Shown: positions 30,953 to 41,041 of the stretch, in pieces
Numbering within the stretch: position 1 is the first letter of the stretch
Layout: every line of letters starts with the position of its first letter
IMG/VR virus record: IMGVR_UViG_3300037067_019009
Location: 32,001-96,000 of that record
Strand: one strand, 5' to 3'
Source: a virus
Taxonomy: Duplodnaviria > Caudoviricetes
Length of the DNA: 64,000 nucleotides
Position numbers and translations under genes: made by a program
Notes under the pieces: model-generated
The model's input: only the letters and a program-made list of their open reading frames with translations
Told to the model about the DNA's origin: nothing
Database searches by the model: none

Positions 30953-31131
30953 AAATCGAAATCAGCTTCTATATATGCTAGATAACTCCCCATATTCAGT
31001 TATAATTCCAGCGGCTTGCAGCAAACGCAGCGCTTTGTCATGATCGTTAGCCACAGCCTCTTTAATAGTTAGCAACCTTTTCTTTAAAAGCTTCAACTCT
31101 TTCTCTGAACACATACGTTACCTCTACGCGG

Positions 31132-31470
31132 CTAACTAATTATCTGTAACCTACGTTTTATTCCAGTAATGCAATCTATTATATAGTAGGCCGCCTCTCT
31201 CAAGCCATAATCCACAGCATCATAGAAATCTTCCCAAGCAAATCGTAGCAACCTTACTGTGTATGACGACCAAGCTATACTACCTGAACCATTACAAAAT
31301 CTGCAAGCAGGCAAGCTAGTAGAATAATAAAACTTACCTTCCTTTACACTCAGAGTAAAGCTGCATGCAGAGTATCCGGTCCCGTCACACGCTGGGCAGT
31401 TACCAACTGGACCTAGATCAGTAACATAATAATTCAACCAATCTGGTATACTAACAGTAGTATAACCCAA
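31132..31470 (-). CDS. DnaJ-type CxxCxGxG zinc-finger protein
   Basis: CPACDGTG...CRFCNGSG. Confidence 0.6.
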   Translation of the reverse strand: MGYTTVSIPDWLNYYVTDLGPVGNCPACDGTGYSACSFTLSVKEGKFYYSTSLPACRFCNGSGSIAWSSYTVRLLRFAWEDFYDAVDYGLREAAYYIIDCITGIKRRLQIIS

Positions 31471-31548
31471 ATACTTCCCTCCTCTGCCTGTGTAGATATG
31501 CCTTTATCAGTTCGGTAAAGTTTGTCGCACCTGCCTCACGATTCAGCA

Positions 31549-32157
31549 TCACACCCATTTCTTCGCCTCCTTATAACCTTGCAGCTTATGGTTATAATTC
31601 TGCATTTCCAGCTGGATCTTAACGATATCCTTTAGCGCTAGCGCCGGGATCATAGTAGTCCTGAACGTATAAGGTAATCCACCAGAGGCTATTATACCTA
31701 TGCTGCGATGAATCGCGTTCATATCTACAGCTGTTCCGCATGCCTCATTATACTTTCGCTCATCACATAGTGGAGCCTTAATATCCATAGCAATATAAGA
31801 CACAAGGCCATCGGAACAGAGCTCAGAAATGATATCAGGATTACTGCCATTAGTGTCGAGCTTTACTTTAAAGCCTCTCTCCCTCAACACCTTTAGGAAA
31901 GGCATGAGTTCCGGCCGTACGGTAGGCTCTCCCCCAGTTATTACCACATAACATTGATTAGGCGTTCTATCAATGCGGTATTGCAGCACTTCGAGCCAAC
32001 GATCTATCTCACCGCGCTCAGATAGAGCTACAAAAGGCCACAGTCCCTTATTATGGCACCAAGGGCATCTGAAGTTACAGCCTTGGGTGAACAAGACACA
32101 GGCTACCTCCCCTGGGTAATCTGATAAGCTGCATGGCTCGTAGCCGCCGATGAACAT
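31549..32157 (-). CDS. nrdG: anaerobic ribonucleotide reductase activating enzyme
   Basis: SLSDYPG, GCNFRCPWCHN, TGGEPT, KLDTNG; start moved to ATG 32157 (the track start lies inside a tRNA). Confidence 0.93.
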   Translation of the reverse strand: MFIGGYEPCSLSDYPGEVACVLFTQGCNFRCPWCHNKGLWPFVALSERGEIDRWLEVLQYRIDRTPNQCYVVITGGEPTVRPELMPFLKVLRERGFKVKLDTNGSNPDIISELCSDGLVSYIAMDIKAPLCDERKYNEACGTAVDMNAIHRSIGIIASGGLPYTFRTTMIPALALKDIVKIQLEMQNYNHKLQGYKEAKKWV

Positions 32158-32189
32158 TACAGTAATCCTACCTTCCATCTTTTGAAAAC

Positions 32190-32268
32190 TGGGGTGGGTG
32201 GCGAGATTCGAACTCACGATCTCCGGGGCCACAACCCAGCGCTCTAACCAGCTGAAGCTACACCCACC
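32190..32268 (-). tRNA. tRNA-His(GUG)
   Basis: G-1/C73, GTGGGTG/CACCCAC, loop TT-GTG-GC, TTCGAAT, CCA. Confidence 0.95.
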
Positions 32269-32274
32269 TCGACA

Positions 32275-32350
32275 TGGCTCCTTCGCATAGACTCGAACTA
32301 CGATCCTACTAGTTAACAGCTAGCCGCTCTGCCGATTGAGCTACGAAGGA
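32275..32350 (-). tRNA. tRNA-Asn(GUU)
   Basis: TCCTTCG/CGAAGGA, loop CT-GTT-AA, TTCGAGT, G73, CCA. Confidence 0.95.
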
Positions 32351-32366
32351 ACATCTACTAAACGTT

Positions 32367-32618
32367 TTACCAGTTTTTCCAGTCGGTTATGGAGTATGCC
32401 TGCGCTAAGCCTCTCATCTCCAGCCTGGGCTCATAAACAGGATCATCTACATACACTTCGGAAAACCTTTTCCAGTAATATCTCCAGGCCCTATTGCATC
32501 TGTTCTTATAGTACTTGCCCTCATGCAGTCCCCATCCCCAAGGATGGCGGTTCTTAGAGCCTATCAGCTTCCACTTATTTCGTCTATTGTCAGCGCGAAA
32601 CCGCTGTCTGGTACACAT
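32367..32618 (-). CDS. small basic Trp/Arg-rich hypothetical protein
   Basis: GAGGAGG RBS. Confidence 0.6.
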   Translation of the reverse strand: MCTRQRFRADNRRNKWKLIGSKNRHPWGWGLHEGKYYKNRCNRAWRYYWKRFSEVYVDDPVYEPRLEMRGLAQAYSITDWKNW

Positions 32619-32636
32619 AATACGAACCTCCTCTAC

Positions 32637-34769
32637 TTAGCTCATGTCATGTGTAACCCTCCTACCCACATCTTGCAGAGTATAGTGGCTGCGAAGAGCA
32701 AACTCAGCTTGCTTACCATTATTCCACTGACTTACCGGGCGCAGGTACCCAACTACGCGTGAATACACTTCTGTAGCGGCCTCACAGGTGGGGCATTTGT
32801 CAACCTCGCCATCCAGATAACCATGTGTAGGACAGATAGAAAACGACGGGGTTATAGAGAAGTAAGGAAGCCTATAGTTATCGCAAACAGACCTCACGAA
32901 CTTCTTTACCGCTTGTGGATCAGGCTCAGCCTCACCAAGAAACACGTGCAGACAGCTGCCGCCAGTGTAGAGTGTTTGCAGTTCATCCTGGGCATCCAGC
33001 ACCCCGAATATATCGAAAGTCGTGTCTACTGGGAGCTGCGTAGAGTTCGTATAAAACGGTTCAGGGCTTTCAGGGTACGCGAATTTTATATCCGGGTACA
33101 GCTGCTTATCCAGTCTGGCTAGCCGGTAACTGGTACCTTCCGCTGGTGTTGCCTCCAAGTTGTAAAGGCTGCCTGTCTCTTCCTGATAAACGGTAAGCTT
33201 ACCCCTCATGAAATTGAGAACCTCAACAGCAAAAAGCCGACCCTCTTCAGTCGATATATCACTTCCTAGCAGATTAATGCACGCCTCGTTCATTCCTACG
33301 AGCCCTATCGTTGAGAAGTGGTTGGTCCAGTACTTACCGAACCTCCTGAAAGTATCTCTCAAATAAAAACATGTGTATGGGTAAAGCTTCTTGCTGGTAA
33401 ACTGTTCAAGGACATCTCTTTTTATTTCGAGACTCTCTTTAGCTATATCCATAAGCTTACCTAGGCGTACAAAGAACTCCTCTTTGCTTTCAGATAGGTA
33501 GCCCAGCCTTGGCATGTTGATAGTGCAAACTCCCAGCGACCCAGTTAGGCTGTTGGCTCCGAACAGGCCACCACCTCTGCGCTCTAACTGGTCAATCCGT
33601 AGCGATAAGCGACAACACATGCTTCTCGTATCGTCCGGGGACATATCAGATCCTACAAAGTTGGCGAAATACGGAATGCCGTACTTCGCTGTAACTTCCC
33701 ACAGCTTATCTAACTCAAGGTTATTCCAATCAAAATCTTCCGTTATACTATAAGTTGGAATAGGGAAAGTAAATACTCTTCCACATGCATCCCCTTCGGC
33801 CATGACTTCTAGAAAAGCACAGTTGAGCATGGCCATTTCCTTTACAAACTCACCGTAGCATCTGTCCTTGTACTCGCCACCAATAACCACTGGCTGGCTG
33901 GCCAAATGTTCAGGGGGCTGCAAATCAAATGTCAAATTAGTGAAAGGCGTCTGAAATCCTACTCGCGTTGGTACATTTATATTAAAAATAAACTCTTGGA
34001 TCGCTTGCTTTAGTTCTTCATAACTAAGATCATCATAATACACAAACGGAGCTAGAAGCGTATCAAAGTTAGAGAAAGCAGAGGCTCCCGCTACTTCACC
34101 CTGTATAGTGTAGAAAAAGTTAACGATCTGGCCAAGAACAGCACGTAAATGTTTAGCAGGCTTAGATTCTATTTTACCGGCGGCCCCTCTAAACCCAGAG
34201 ACAAGTAGATCTTGCAAAGACCATCCGGAGCAGTAATTCGCAAGTAGACTCAAGTCGTGTATATGAAGATCGCCTCTCACATGGGCCGTCTTTACTCTCT
34301 TAGGATAAATCTTATTAAGCCAATAGGTCTCGCTTACTGTACTGGCCACATAGTTATTAAGTCCCTGCAACGAGTAGGCCATATTAGAGTTCTCTCTTAC
34401 TTTCCAATCAAGCCTTTCCAGATAGTTATCTACCAAAGCTAGATCGGACTTCTTTACAGCCTCTCGCATCTGGGCATGCTGTTCTCTATATATGATATAA
34501 GACTTGGCTGTCGCCCTAAACGGGGTAGCAAGCAGCACTTCTTCGACTATATCCTGCACCTGTTCTACCGAAGGTACCTCGTCTGTGACAGACACCTGCA
34601 TGAGAGATAGTACTTTGTTAGTCAAGGACTTAGCGATGTCGGTAGAAAACTCTCCAGATACTTTCCCAGCAGCCAGAAGAGCAGCAGTTATTTTCCTTGA
34701 ATCGAACTGGACGAGGTTACCGTCCCGCTTGCGTATTTGAGAGAATGCTGGTTTAGCATCAACGGCCAT
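32637..34769 (-). CDS. nrdD: class III anaerobic ribonucleoside-triphosphate reductase with ATP cone
   Basis: IRKRDG ATP cone, HIHDL, RSMCCRL, EATPAEG, glycyl radical YSRVVGYL; start at MAVDAK. Confidence 0.97.
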   Translation of the reverse strand: MAVDAKPAFSQIRKRDGNLVQFDSRKITAALLAAGKVSGEFSTDIAKSLTNKVLSLMQVSVTDEVPSVEQVQDIVEEVLLATPFRATAKSYIIYREQHAQMREAVKKSDLALVDNYLERLDWKVRENSNMAYSLQGLNNYVASTVSETYWLNKIYPKRVKTAHVRGDLHIHDLSLLANYCSGWSLQDLLVSGFRGAAGKIESKPAKHLRAVLGQIVNFFYTIQGEVAGASAFSNFDTLLAPFVYYDDLSYEELKQAIQEFIFNINVPTRVGFQTPFTNLTFDLQPPEHLASQPVVIGGEYKDRCYGEFVKEMAMLNCAFLEVMAEGDACGRVFTFPIPTYSITEDFDWNNLELDKLWEVTAKYGIPYFANFVGSDMSPDDTRSMCCRLSLRIDQLERRGGGLFGANSLTGSLGVCTINMPRLGYLSESKEEFFVRLGKLMDIAKESLEIKRDVLEQFTSKKLYPYTCFYLRDTFRRFGKYWTNHFSTIGLVGMNEACINLLGSDISTEEGRLFAVEVLNFMRGKLTVYQEETGSLYNLEATPAEGTSYRLARLDKQLYPDIKFAYPESPEPFYTNSTQLPVDTTFDIFGVLDAQDELQTLYTGGSCLHVFLGEAEPDPQAVKKFVRSVCDNYRLPYFSITPSFSICPTHGYLDGEVDKCPTCEAATEVYSRVVGYLRPVSQWNNGKQAEFALRSHYTLQDVGRRVTHDMS

Positions 34770-34936
34770 AAAAATAAGAAGCCCCCTATAAGTTAGTAAC
34801 AGCCGGTCTATGACCGGCCGCATACTATATTATAGGCATCATTTCCCTAAAACTAAGGAGGCTGGCTATTTTTTCTTATAATTATTTATAGTCTTGGAAC
34901 ATCCGTTACACATGTAACTCCAGCAAGCCCGTGCCG

Positions 34937-35542
34937 CTATACAAACATACGATCATAGAAAGCGAGACTATGCGTTTTATTGGGCGCGTCATTTATATAA
35001 AGATCCTTACCCTCAAACCTGGCGTACTTGAGACAGTCAGCGGAAAACCTAGTACTCTGCTTCGTCGTCAGCGAGTTACCTTCCGACATTTGTGTCCCTT
35101 TTACAGTAACTACGAATTCCTTCGTCGAGTCTACACATGCGATATTACACATGATGCCATCCATACATATGATACATGCCCTACTCACCAGGTTGCATAA
35201 CCGCCTATACTTAGCACCGAGTTTAGCATCCTCTTCCATATCCTCGAACTTGGCATTGACCCTCTCTACCAGGTTTACAAACCTAGAGATTGCACGGCTC
35301 CTGGCTAAGGCTTTGCCAATTTTCCTGTTCTTCTGATCCCCTGGGGAAAGTTTAGCTACCCCAACAGTCACGTAGGTCTTACCTTCATAGATTCCGGTGA
35401 TGGAAACTACTGTAGTACTTTCGGCATAGTCTACGAACTCACGTATCTCAGTAACCCCGATCCATTTTAGATAGTCTGGATCCGTTATAGATCCTTCCGG
35501 CAGAATGTCTTCCAGTTTATTGTTTATTAATCCTTTCCTCAT
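34937..35542 (-). CDS. hypothetical protein
   Basis: GVAKLSPGD..NRKIGK.LA..RA motif common in phage proteins. Confidence 0.65.
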   Translation of the reverse strand: MRKGLINNKLEDILPEGSITDPDYLKWIGVTEIREFVDYAESTTVVSITGIYEGKTYVTVGVAKLSPGDQKNRKIGKALARSRAISRFVNLVERVNAKFEDMEEDAKLGAKYRRLCNLVSRACIICMDGIMCNIACVDSTKEFVVTVKGTQMSEGNSLTTKQSTRFSADCLKYARFEGKDLYINDAPNKTHSLAFYDRMFV

Positions 35543-35754
35543 TTACTAATCTCCTCCGTTATTTCTGAACCATCCCAGTGAAACTCCGTAGTCTCCGGGT
35601 TGCCCTCATCCACTATCTCATCATACCCGCACTGATCAAGAAGCGCCTCCGCCTCTTCCTTGCTGCCTGCATCTATACTGACTACCACATCACTCTCACG
35701 CGTGACCATTTCCCCGCGAAATAAATAAGTAGGCATAGCAATCCTCCTCTTCAA
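35539..35754 (-). CDS. small acidic protein, DpnD/PcfM-like family
   Basis: MPTYLF...SIDAGSKEEAE. Confidence 0.6.
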   Translation of the reverse strand: MKRRIAMPTYLFRGEMVTRESDVVVSIDAGSKEEAEALLDQCGYDEIVDEGNPETTEFHWDGSEITEEISK

Positions 35755-35779
35755 CTAGCTGGCTTACCTGCACATTTCT

Positions 35780-36067
35780 CTATATGTCAAAGCGAAAATA
35801 AAGATACCCGCCATCCCCATCCTCCGCAATCAATAACGCATCACTCGGTATATCTATTTCTTCTATCTCTGTACCGTAGCGTAAAGCATCTTCCTCGCGG
35901 TAGGTAACCCAAATCACAGCTTCCGCCGGATCGTTTTCCAACGAGTCAAGCAGGCGGTCGGGTATATCTATTCTATTACCAAGTGTATCACGTTCGTACC
36001 TGATTACATCCGCGGCAGTAACTCCCTTAGAATGCGTGTACCCAGTATAAGCTCTGTACGTAATCAT
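35780..36067 (-). CDS. hypothetical protein
   Basis: IWVT...A.RYG...EDGDGGYL. Confidence 0.6.
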   Translation of the reverse strand: MITYRAYTGYTHSKGVTAADVIRYERDTLGNRIDIPDRLLDSLENDPAEAVIWVTYREEDALRYGTEIEEIDIPSDALLIAEDGDGGYLYFRFDI

Positions 36068-36304
36068 TTAATCAGTTACCTGCTGACCAACATTGGCGGT
36101 GTTAAGTAGTTCCCTGACCTCGTCCCAGTCGGTATGCTCCTTCATCAACCTGCGTATTTCCTTCGTAAGTTGTGGTACTACTTTTCTCGCCATGGCCGCG
36201 GCGATGATAGTATCCTGCCCAGCGCATGCTTTGTCTATAGCATCTAGAGCCGCACACGTAAATCTCATCTTATCCATACAACACTCCCTACAAATCAAGA
36301 TCAT
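36068..36304 (-). CDS. hypothetical protein
   Basis: packed ORF. Confidence 0.5.
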   Translation of the reverse strand: MILICRECCMDKMRFTCAALDAIDKACAGQDTIIAAAMARKVVPQLTKEIRRLMKEHTDWDEVRELLNTANVGQQVTD

Positions 36305-36569
36305 TCAGCTTCATATCAGGATTGGAGGTCAATCTAACAACCCACTCCTGATGCCCAACTTCCGCCAGTTCTCTGGACTCATACTGCTGAACTATTATCC
36401 AAGAGCCTTTATCCCTGCTAATTCCCGTCTCCCACGTCTCTGTATCATACGCGATGCACGTATCTACTACAACCCCGCTATTAAGCTTAGTATTGAATAC
36501 GTCGTTTCTAAACGGATTACCTATTGTCATGGCCCAAAACAGCTTTAATGCGAAGGGGTCTTTATTCAC
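36288..36569 (-). CDS. hypothetical protein
   Basis: WETGI...QY...A..GH. Confidence 0.6.
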   Translation of the reverse strand: MNKDPFALKLFWAMTIGNPFRNDVFNTKLNSGVVVDTCIAYDTETWETGISRDKGSWIIVQQYESRELAEVGHQEWVVRLTSNPDMKLNDLDL

Positions 36570-37150
36570 TACTTACTTATTTCCTTTCCAACTCCATGAG
36601 TAAGCCGGTAGTCGATATCTAGCAGCCTCTCTACCACATCCGTTAGTAGATAAGGTTTGAACTCATTGGTGTCTACTCCGACATCTATACTCCTACCATA
36701 ACCATCTAAGGTACCATGAGAATGACCGAACAAATGAAAAGACCCATAATGGCTACAGTCCCACACCCGCATAGCGTAATGGCTCATGACCAAAGGCACC
36801 GGGTACCCCTCACCAATATCTATAGATATGGTATAAAGATCATACACCATATCAAACAACCACTCATCTATCGCCTTATCATGGTTCCCCCGTATCAGTA
36901 TCTTTTTCCCGGGTGGCGATCCTGGGTACCCCATATCGGTAAAGAACTCCTGATATAAGGGGTACTCCTTTCTGGGGTTCCACCAGAAGTCACCAAGAAT
37001 GTACACGGTATCTTCTTCGGATATCGTAGAGTACCAGTTGTCCAGGATAGTTCTATTCATATCTTCTACAGAAGAAAATGGGCGCCCACAGTACTTTATA
37101 ATATTAGTATGATTGAGATGGAGATCAGCGGTTACAAAAACCTTACTCAT
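36569..37150 (-). CDS. calcineurin-like metallophosphoesterase
   Basis: ADLHLNH, LGDF, GNHD, SHY, GHSH, DVGVD. Confidence 0.92.
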   Translation of the reverse strand: MSKVFVTADLHLNHTNIIKYCGRPFSSVEDMNRTILDNWYSTISEEDTVYILGDFWWNPRKEYPLYQEFFTDMGYPGSPPGKKILIRGNHDKAIDEWLFDMVYDLYTISIDIGEGYPVPLVMSHYAMRVWDCSHYGSFHLFGHSHGTLDGYGRSIDVGVDTNEFKPYLLTDVVERLLDIDYRLTHGVGKEISK

Positions 37151-37177
37151 TTATTTTTTACTTTCCTTTACGCTTGC

Positions 37178-37387
37178 CTAACTCTTAGCATCGAAGGCCG
37201 CTTGTTTCCCGCACTTAGCACACGTCCAAATGTCATTCGGATTGGGCCAAGTAACTACTCCCTCGTCCCCAACAATTTCCCTTATAAAATCTCCGCTGGG
37301 AGTGACCTCCCAAGTCTCAACAACAACTGCGTTGACAAAAAACGTAGTATCTGTCCCATGCTCTGGGCAAACAGCTTTGGTTATCAT
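37178..37387 (-). CDS. small zinc-ribbon protein
   Basis: CPEH...WTCAKCG. Confidence 0.6.
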   Translation of the reverse strand: MITKAVCPEHGTDTTFFVNAVVVETWEVTPSGDFIREIVGDEGVVTWPNPNDIWTCAKCGKQAAFDAKS

Positions 37388-37430
37388 AACTTTCCCCTAT
37401 ATAAACAAGAAGTTACAAACACACTACTTA

Positions 37431-37733
37431 CTATAACTTAGCTGGTGATGATTTGGCAGAGCAGTCTACCTCGGCCATACTTATAAGGAAAGCTACTTTA
37501 TCCTCAACACCGCTCGGTATGCTACCATACTCATAATAGAACCTAAGCTCCCCAAACTTCTCTTTGATTTGGTTAAGCCTGTATCCTGGAGCCAGCTTAG
37601 CTATTTCCTTATCCAACTCCAGTATTATATTATCCCAGCGCTGTGGGTAGGCCAACTCTGCTGGCCATGGATCGACAAACCTGGCTAGTACGGCAGCCAT
37701 CTTCTCAGACCTAGCACACTTTGCGCATTCCAT
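37431..37733 (-). CDS. conserved phage protein (QIKEKFGxLRFY family)
   Basis: NQIKEKFGELRFYY. Confidence 0.7.
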   Translation of the reverse strand: MECAKCARSEKMAAVLARFVDPWPAELAYPQRWDNIILELDKEIAKLAPGYRLNQIKEKFGELRFYYEYGSIPSGVEDKVAFLISMAEVDCSAKSSPAKL

Positions 37734-37791
37734 TATCTGTCCCTTCTATTTTCTACTCTTTTTCCTTTCTTTATAAGTAGCAAACTAAACC

Positions 37792-38049
37792 TCATAAAGA
37801 AACGTTATGTAGACACAGAGCTATTAGTGCTCTTGGGTCACCCATGCTAGCTCTCTTTATAACAAAGATGAGCGCATCTTGGTCTGTTTCAAACTGGTCC
37901 GCCTCATCAAGCTTCTGTATTTCAAACTTATCATCGCATCTAAACAAGGCCCAGCCATCATTCATACTCCCACAAGCAATAAGCGGTTCTCCACCTCCCA
38001 TTACCGACCTAATTTCGTGGATTACCATCATAACTTGGTCATCGTTCAT
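37792..38049 (-). CDS. hypothetical protein
   Basis: AGGAG RBS. Confidence 0.6.
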   Translation of the reverse strand: MNDDQVMMVIHEIRSVMGGGEPLIACGSMNDGWALFRCDDKFEIQKLDEADQFETDQDALIFVIKRASMGDPRALIALCLHNVSL

Positions 38050-38067
38050 ATAGATTTCTCCTAAAAC

Positions 38068-38457
38068 CTAGTCACTGTCACAGTTGTCTTCCACAGCTGG
38101 ATTAGAAACAGTTGTAAGGTCAGTATCCCATGTCCACTCGACATCCGCAAAATTAAGCGCGTAGTCTTCGACTGCCATATCGAAAATGCCATGGCTTCTA
38201 AGAATATCACGGAAGTCGGGATCATTATAATGAAAGAAAAGGTCATGAAGATCAAACTTCTCTCCGTGTTTACCCCAATAAAACTTCCCGTACTCAGTCT
38301 GAATCCACTCAGTGACGACATGGCTAAGCGTTTCAAAGAACCGCCTATTCGAACCACAGCCTCCCTGCTCATATCCAGCAACCTTGGCGTATATTACCTT
38401 AAGACGAGGATTGTCTTCATCTCTAGTATCTGGAATAAGGTAAGCTATATTATTCAT
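38068..38457 (-). CDS. hypothetical protein
   Basis: ATGA-coupled to upstream ITNSS gene. Confidence 0.6.
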   Translation of the reverse strand: MNNIAYLIPDTRDEDNPRLKVIYAKVAGYEQGGCGSNRRFFETLSHVVTEWIQTEYGKFYWGKHGEKFDLHDLFFHYNDPDFRDILRSHGIFDMAVEDYALNFADVEWTWDTDLTTVSNPAVEDNCDSD

Positions 38458-38825
38458 CCCATATGCTCCCTATGGCCATTGAAGACCTCTTCAATCCAAT
38501 CGAACAATGAGTAAGGGATAGTGTTATCGCTAGTACTCTCGATAACCAGCACCTCTTTCTTGTCCTCAGCAAGCTTTTTTATCCAGTAATTATCTTGACA
38601 GTAATAGTTATCTGCCACTAAAGCGGTGGCTGAGATTAAGTAGGGTTTTTTGAAGCAGCCACTGAAGGAGTAACTACTAGCACTCTGCTTATTAAACAGC
38701 CCGAGTAGATCACGGAGCATTTTCTCTACTGCTTCTGGTGTCTTATCCGTTTCGCAAACGAACAACTCAGAGCTCGAGTTGGTGATAACATCCACCATAG
38801 AATCTATCGCAATAATTAGTCTCAA
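38454..38825 (-). CDS. ITNSS-motif protein, subtype B (paralog 2)
   Basis: DSMVDVITNSSSELFVC...SDNTIPY..FDWIE. Confidence 0.75.
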   Translation of the reverse strand: MRLIIAIDSMVDVITNSSSELFVCETDKTPEAVEKMLRDLLGLFNKQSASSYSFSGCFKKPYLISATALVADNYYCQDNYWIKKLAEDKKEVLVIESTSDNTIPYSLFDWIEEVFNGHREHMG

Positions 38826-38835
38826 CTTTTTCTCC

Positions 38836-39075
38836 TTAGTCTATTATCTTCCACACCCGCAACCACCTAGAGTTGTTCGTCCCGGGAGCATCAAACTGCA
38901 GGCCACTTATTCCCCATGGAGAAAAATTCAAACCATACCACTGTTTAGAGAAAGTTCCGCAGTGATATGTTACACCTTCTCCTGAGTCGAGCTTGATCAG
39001 ATAATAATCGCCTATTACTATATCTGGGTGACAGCACCCTTCTCCTCTTCCAAGATCTACCTCTTCAAGTTTCAC
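38836..39075 (-). CDS. hypothetical protein
   Basis: packed ORF. Confidence 0.55.
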   Translation of the reverse strand: MKLEEVDLGRGEGCCHPDIVIGDYYLIKLDSGEGVTYHCGTFSKQWYGLNFSPWGISGLQFDAPGTNNSRWLRVWKIID

Positions 39076-39102
39076 GTCCCATTTCCTATCTCTCGCACCT
39101 AA

Positions 39103-39435
39103 CTACTCAGACTCTATCATCTTAAGAACAGCCTGTCTAACCACGGCTGGATCAAGAAACACACCATCACTATCATAGTTAAATGTTAAAGTCACTCTAG
39201 CAAAAGTGGTTCCTGCCGTATCATCTAATCCGCTAGCCCAATTCATTGCCACATCAAATTCGAGATCCACTTCCCCTTCACCAGAATCGTCTGGACCAGA
39301 CCAGCTTGGGCACTCCAAGCCTCCTCTAAATATCCAACTAGCAAGGAAATCAATATTATGGTTATCCTCTTTTATATCGGAAAGCGTCCTTGTAAGAAAA
39401 GCCTCAATTTCCGTATAGTCTAGTTCCACTAGCAT
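39103..39435 (-). CDS. hypothetical acidic protein
   Basis: GGAGG RBS. Confidence 0.6.
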   Translation of the reverse strand: MLVELDYTEIEAFLTRTLSDIKEDNHNIDFLASWIFRGGLECPSWSGPDDSGEGEVDLEFDVAMNWASGLDDTAGTTFARVTLTFNYDSDGVFLDPAVVRQAVLKMIESE

Positions 39436-39461
39436 CTGCCAGCCCTCCCGTAATCCTTTGA

Positions 39462-39893
39462 TTACCCATCTCGCCAGGCTTCCTGCCTGAATAGAGCAAG
39501 GAAAGCCTTTGCTATATTGTAGCTATCCTTCCCTTTTGGAGTGATGAACAACATTGTATGAGGATAGCCATATTCATTTTCTGGGTAGTTCGCCTGACTC
39601 AGGTTCGCCTTATAGGCTTCGAATTCTTCTTTCGTAGCGTCAGCCGGCAGGTCATCAAGCAGACCATCCATCCATTCCGAAAGTAAAACGTCTTCACCCT
39701 CTTCAGTGAGCTCTAAACCAAAATCGAAATAATCATCCGGGCAGCCCGGCACTCCCATGGCATTCATTATTTCCGACATAACGCTTTTGGCAGCAGCCAC
39801 GCTGCTCTGCGTTGCCCAGGTAAAAATAGTCGTAGACGAGTTTGTTATTACATCCACAACAGAAGATATAGACACCTTAATCCCTTGCGTCAT
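39462..39893 (-). CDS. ITNSS-motif protein, subtype A (paralog 3)
   Basis: SSVVDVITNSSTTIFTW...DDYF. Confidence 0.75.
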   Translation of the reverse strand: MTQGIKVSISSVVDVITNSSTTIFTWATQSSVAAAKSVMSEIMNAMGVPGCPDDYFDFGLELTEEGEDVLLSEWMDGLLDDLPADATKEEFEAYKANLSQANYPENEYGYPHTMLFITPKGKDSYNIAKAFLALFRQEAWRDG

Positions 39894-40068
39894 CTTATTA
39901 GCGCTCCTTATCCATCAGTGTGTAGTTCCTTTTCTCCGAGACAAACGCGGCACACCCACAAACGACACACTTACCAAGCCTCAGCCTACGATAGTCTACC
40001 AGCCGCATACCGAATTTTGTGGCACACTCTTTACACATAAGCCCTATTACTTCCGACCACCTCATCTG

Positions 40069-40374
40069 TTATGAACCTGCCTCTCCTCCGCCTTCAATCT
40101 GTTCCGCTATGCGCCTAGCTTCCATCTTATACTCCGCGTTGTTACATATGTAATCGTAATCTACGCAGGAGACACAGCCCGAGCCCTTGACGGTATTCAT
40201 TAGAAACCTCGCCTGCGTCTTAGCCTGGCAGTTCTCACAAACAACTGGCGTTTGGCCATAGATAGCCACCAACTCCTCCAGACGTTTTATTCTCGTCTCA
40301 TAGCACTCTCTGCTATTTGCTTCATGAGTATCATAGCTATTATGGCATACCCTACAGTATATTGGCTTTTCCAT
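40069..40374 (-). CDS. Cys-rich hypothetical protein
   Basis: three CxxC pairs. Confidence 0.55.
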   Translation of the reverse strand: MEKPIYCRVCHNSYDTHEANSRECYETRIKRLEELVAIYGQTPVVCENCQAKTQARFLMNTVKGSGCVSCVDYDYICNNAEYKMEARRIAEQIEGGGEAGS

Positions 40375-40381
40375 TGCGACC

Positions 40382-40771
40382 CTACCTTAATGACTTCTTA
40401 TACAGCTTGGGGTAGGTTTCCTTCATCCAAGCTATCCCATCTTCCGTTTGCGATACTTGAGTTGCTAACTCACAGAGAGTTCTGGTAAGAGCAGATGTAT
40501 CATAGCTAATCTCCGCTTTGCCTGTGACTACATCTTCCACATTTGAATCGAACCCGTCCTGAAGCAAACCATCGATATCAGTAATCGCGCATTTCGCTAT
40601 CGTCACTGATTCCTCGACTACTTTAGGTATTTTCTCTATAGCATCCATTAGACCCTGGACCGGAAAGTTATACTCTATTGCTGATTCTACTGCTTCTAGT
40701 TCTTCGATTGGTGCAGAATCATACCAATCCCGCGCATCTCGCAGCGCCTGTTCTACGATAGCTAACTTCAT
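40382..40771 (-). CDS. hypothetical protein
   Basis: GAGGTGG RBS. Confidence 0.6.
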   Translation of the reverse strand: MKLAIVEQALRDARDWYDSAPIEELEAVESAIEYNFPVQGLMDAIEKIPKVVEESVTIAKCAITDIDGLLQDGFDSNVEDVVTGKAEISYDTSALTRTLCELATQVSQTEDGIAWMKETYPKLYKKSLR

Positions 40772-40789
40772 AGTTTCACCACCTCTCTT

Positions 40790-40992
40790 TTAACTATTCA
40801 ACCACCTGCGTAGATTTCGTACGTGTACAGCACATAGCACTACTACAGATAGTAAGAGCCCCCACTGTCTTGTATTTACTGTGTAGATGCCCCATAATAC
40901 TTGACTGCCTAAACCGGATATTGGACCAGCGATAGTTTTATTTCCCATCAACCACATGTTTAAGATAGTACTTACTGATAGCACCCATGTCA
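40790..40992 (-). CDS. small membrane protein (PnuC/SWEET-like short repeat)
   Basis: W.LS...I...WLMGNK..G...GL..Q.LW..Y....QWG pattern; start at MTWVL approximate. Confidence 0.5.
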
Positions 40993-41041
40993 TTTCACTT
41001 CTCCTGTGCCTACTTCTCAGCACACATCATATTACCGGCAC

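Noticed and set aside
32158-32232. N-terminal extension of NrdG in the ORF track
   Set aside because: It overlaps tRNA-His; the ATG at 32157 has an RBS and fits the family start.
21532-34769. Inteins or introns in recA and nrdD
   Set aside because: Normal lengths and no splice motifs.
34815-34840. NrdR box upstream of nrdD
   Set aside because: CTATATTATAG has an extra base relative to the consensus and no second box; it may simply be a -10 element (TATAAT on the minus strand).
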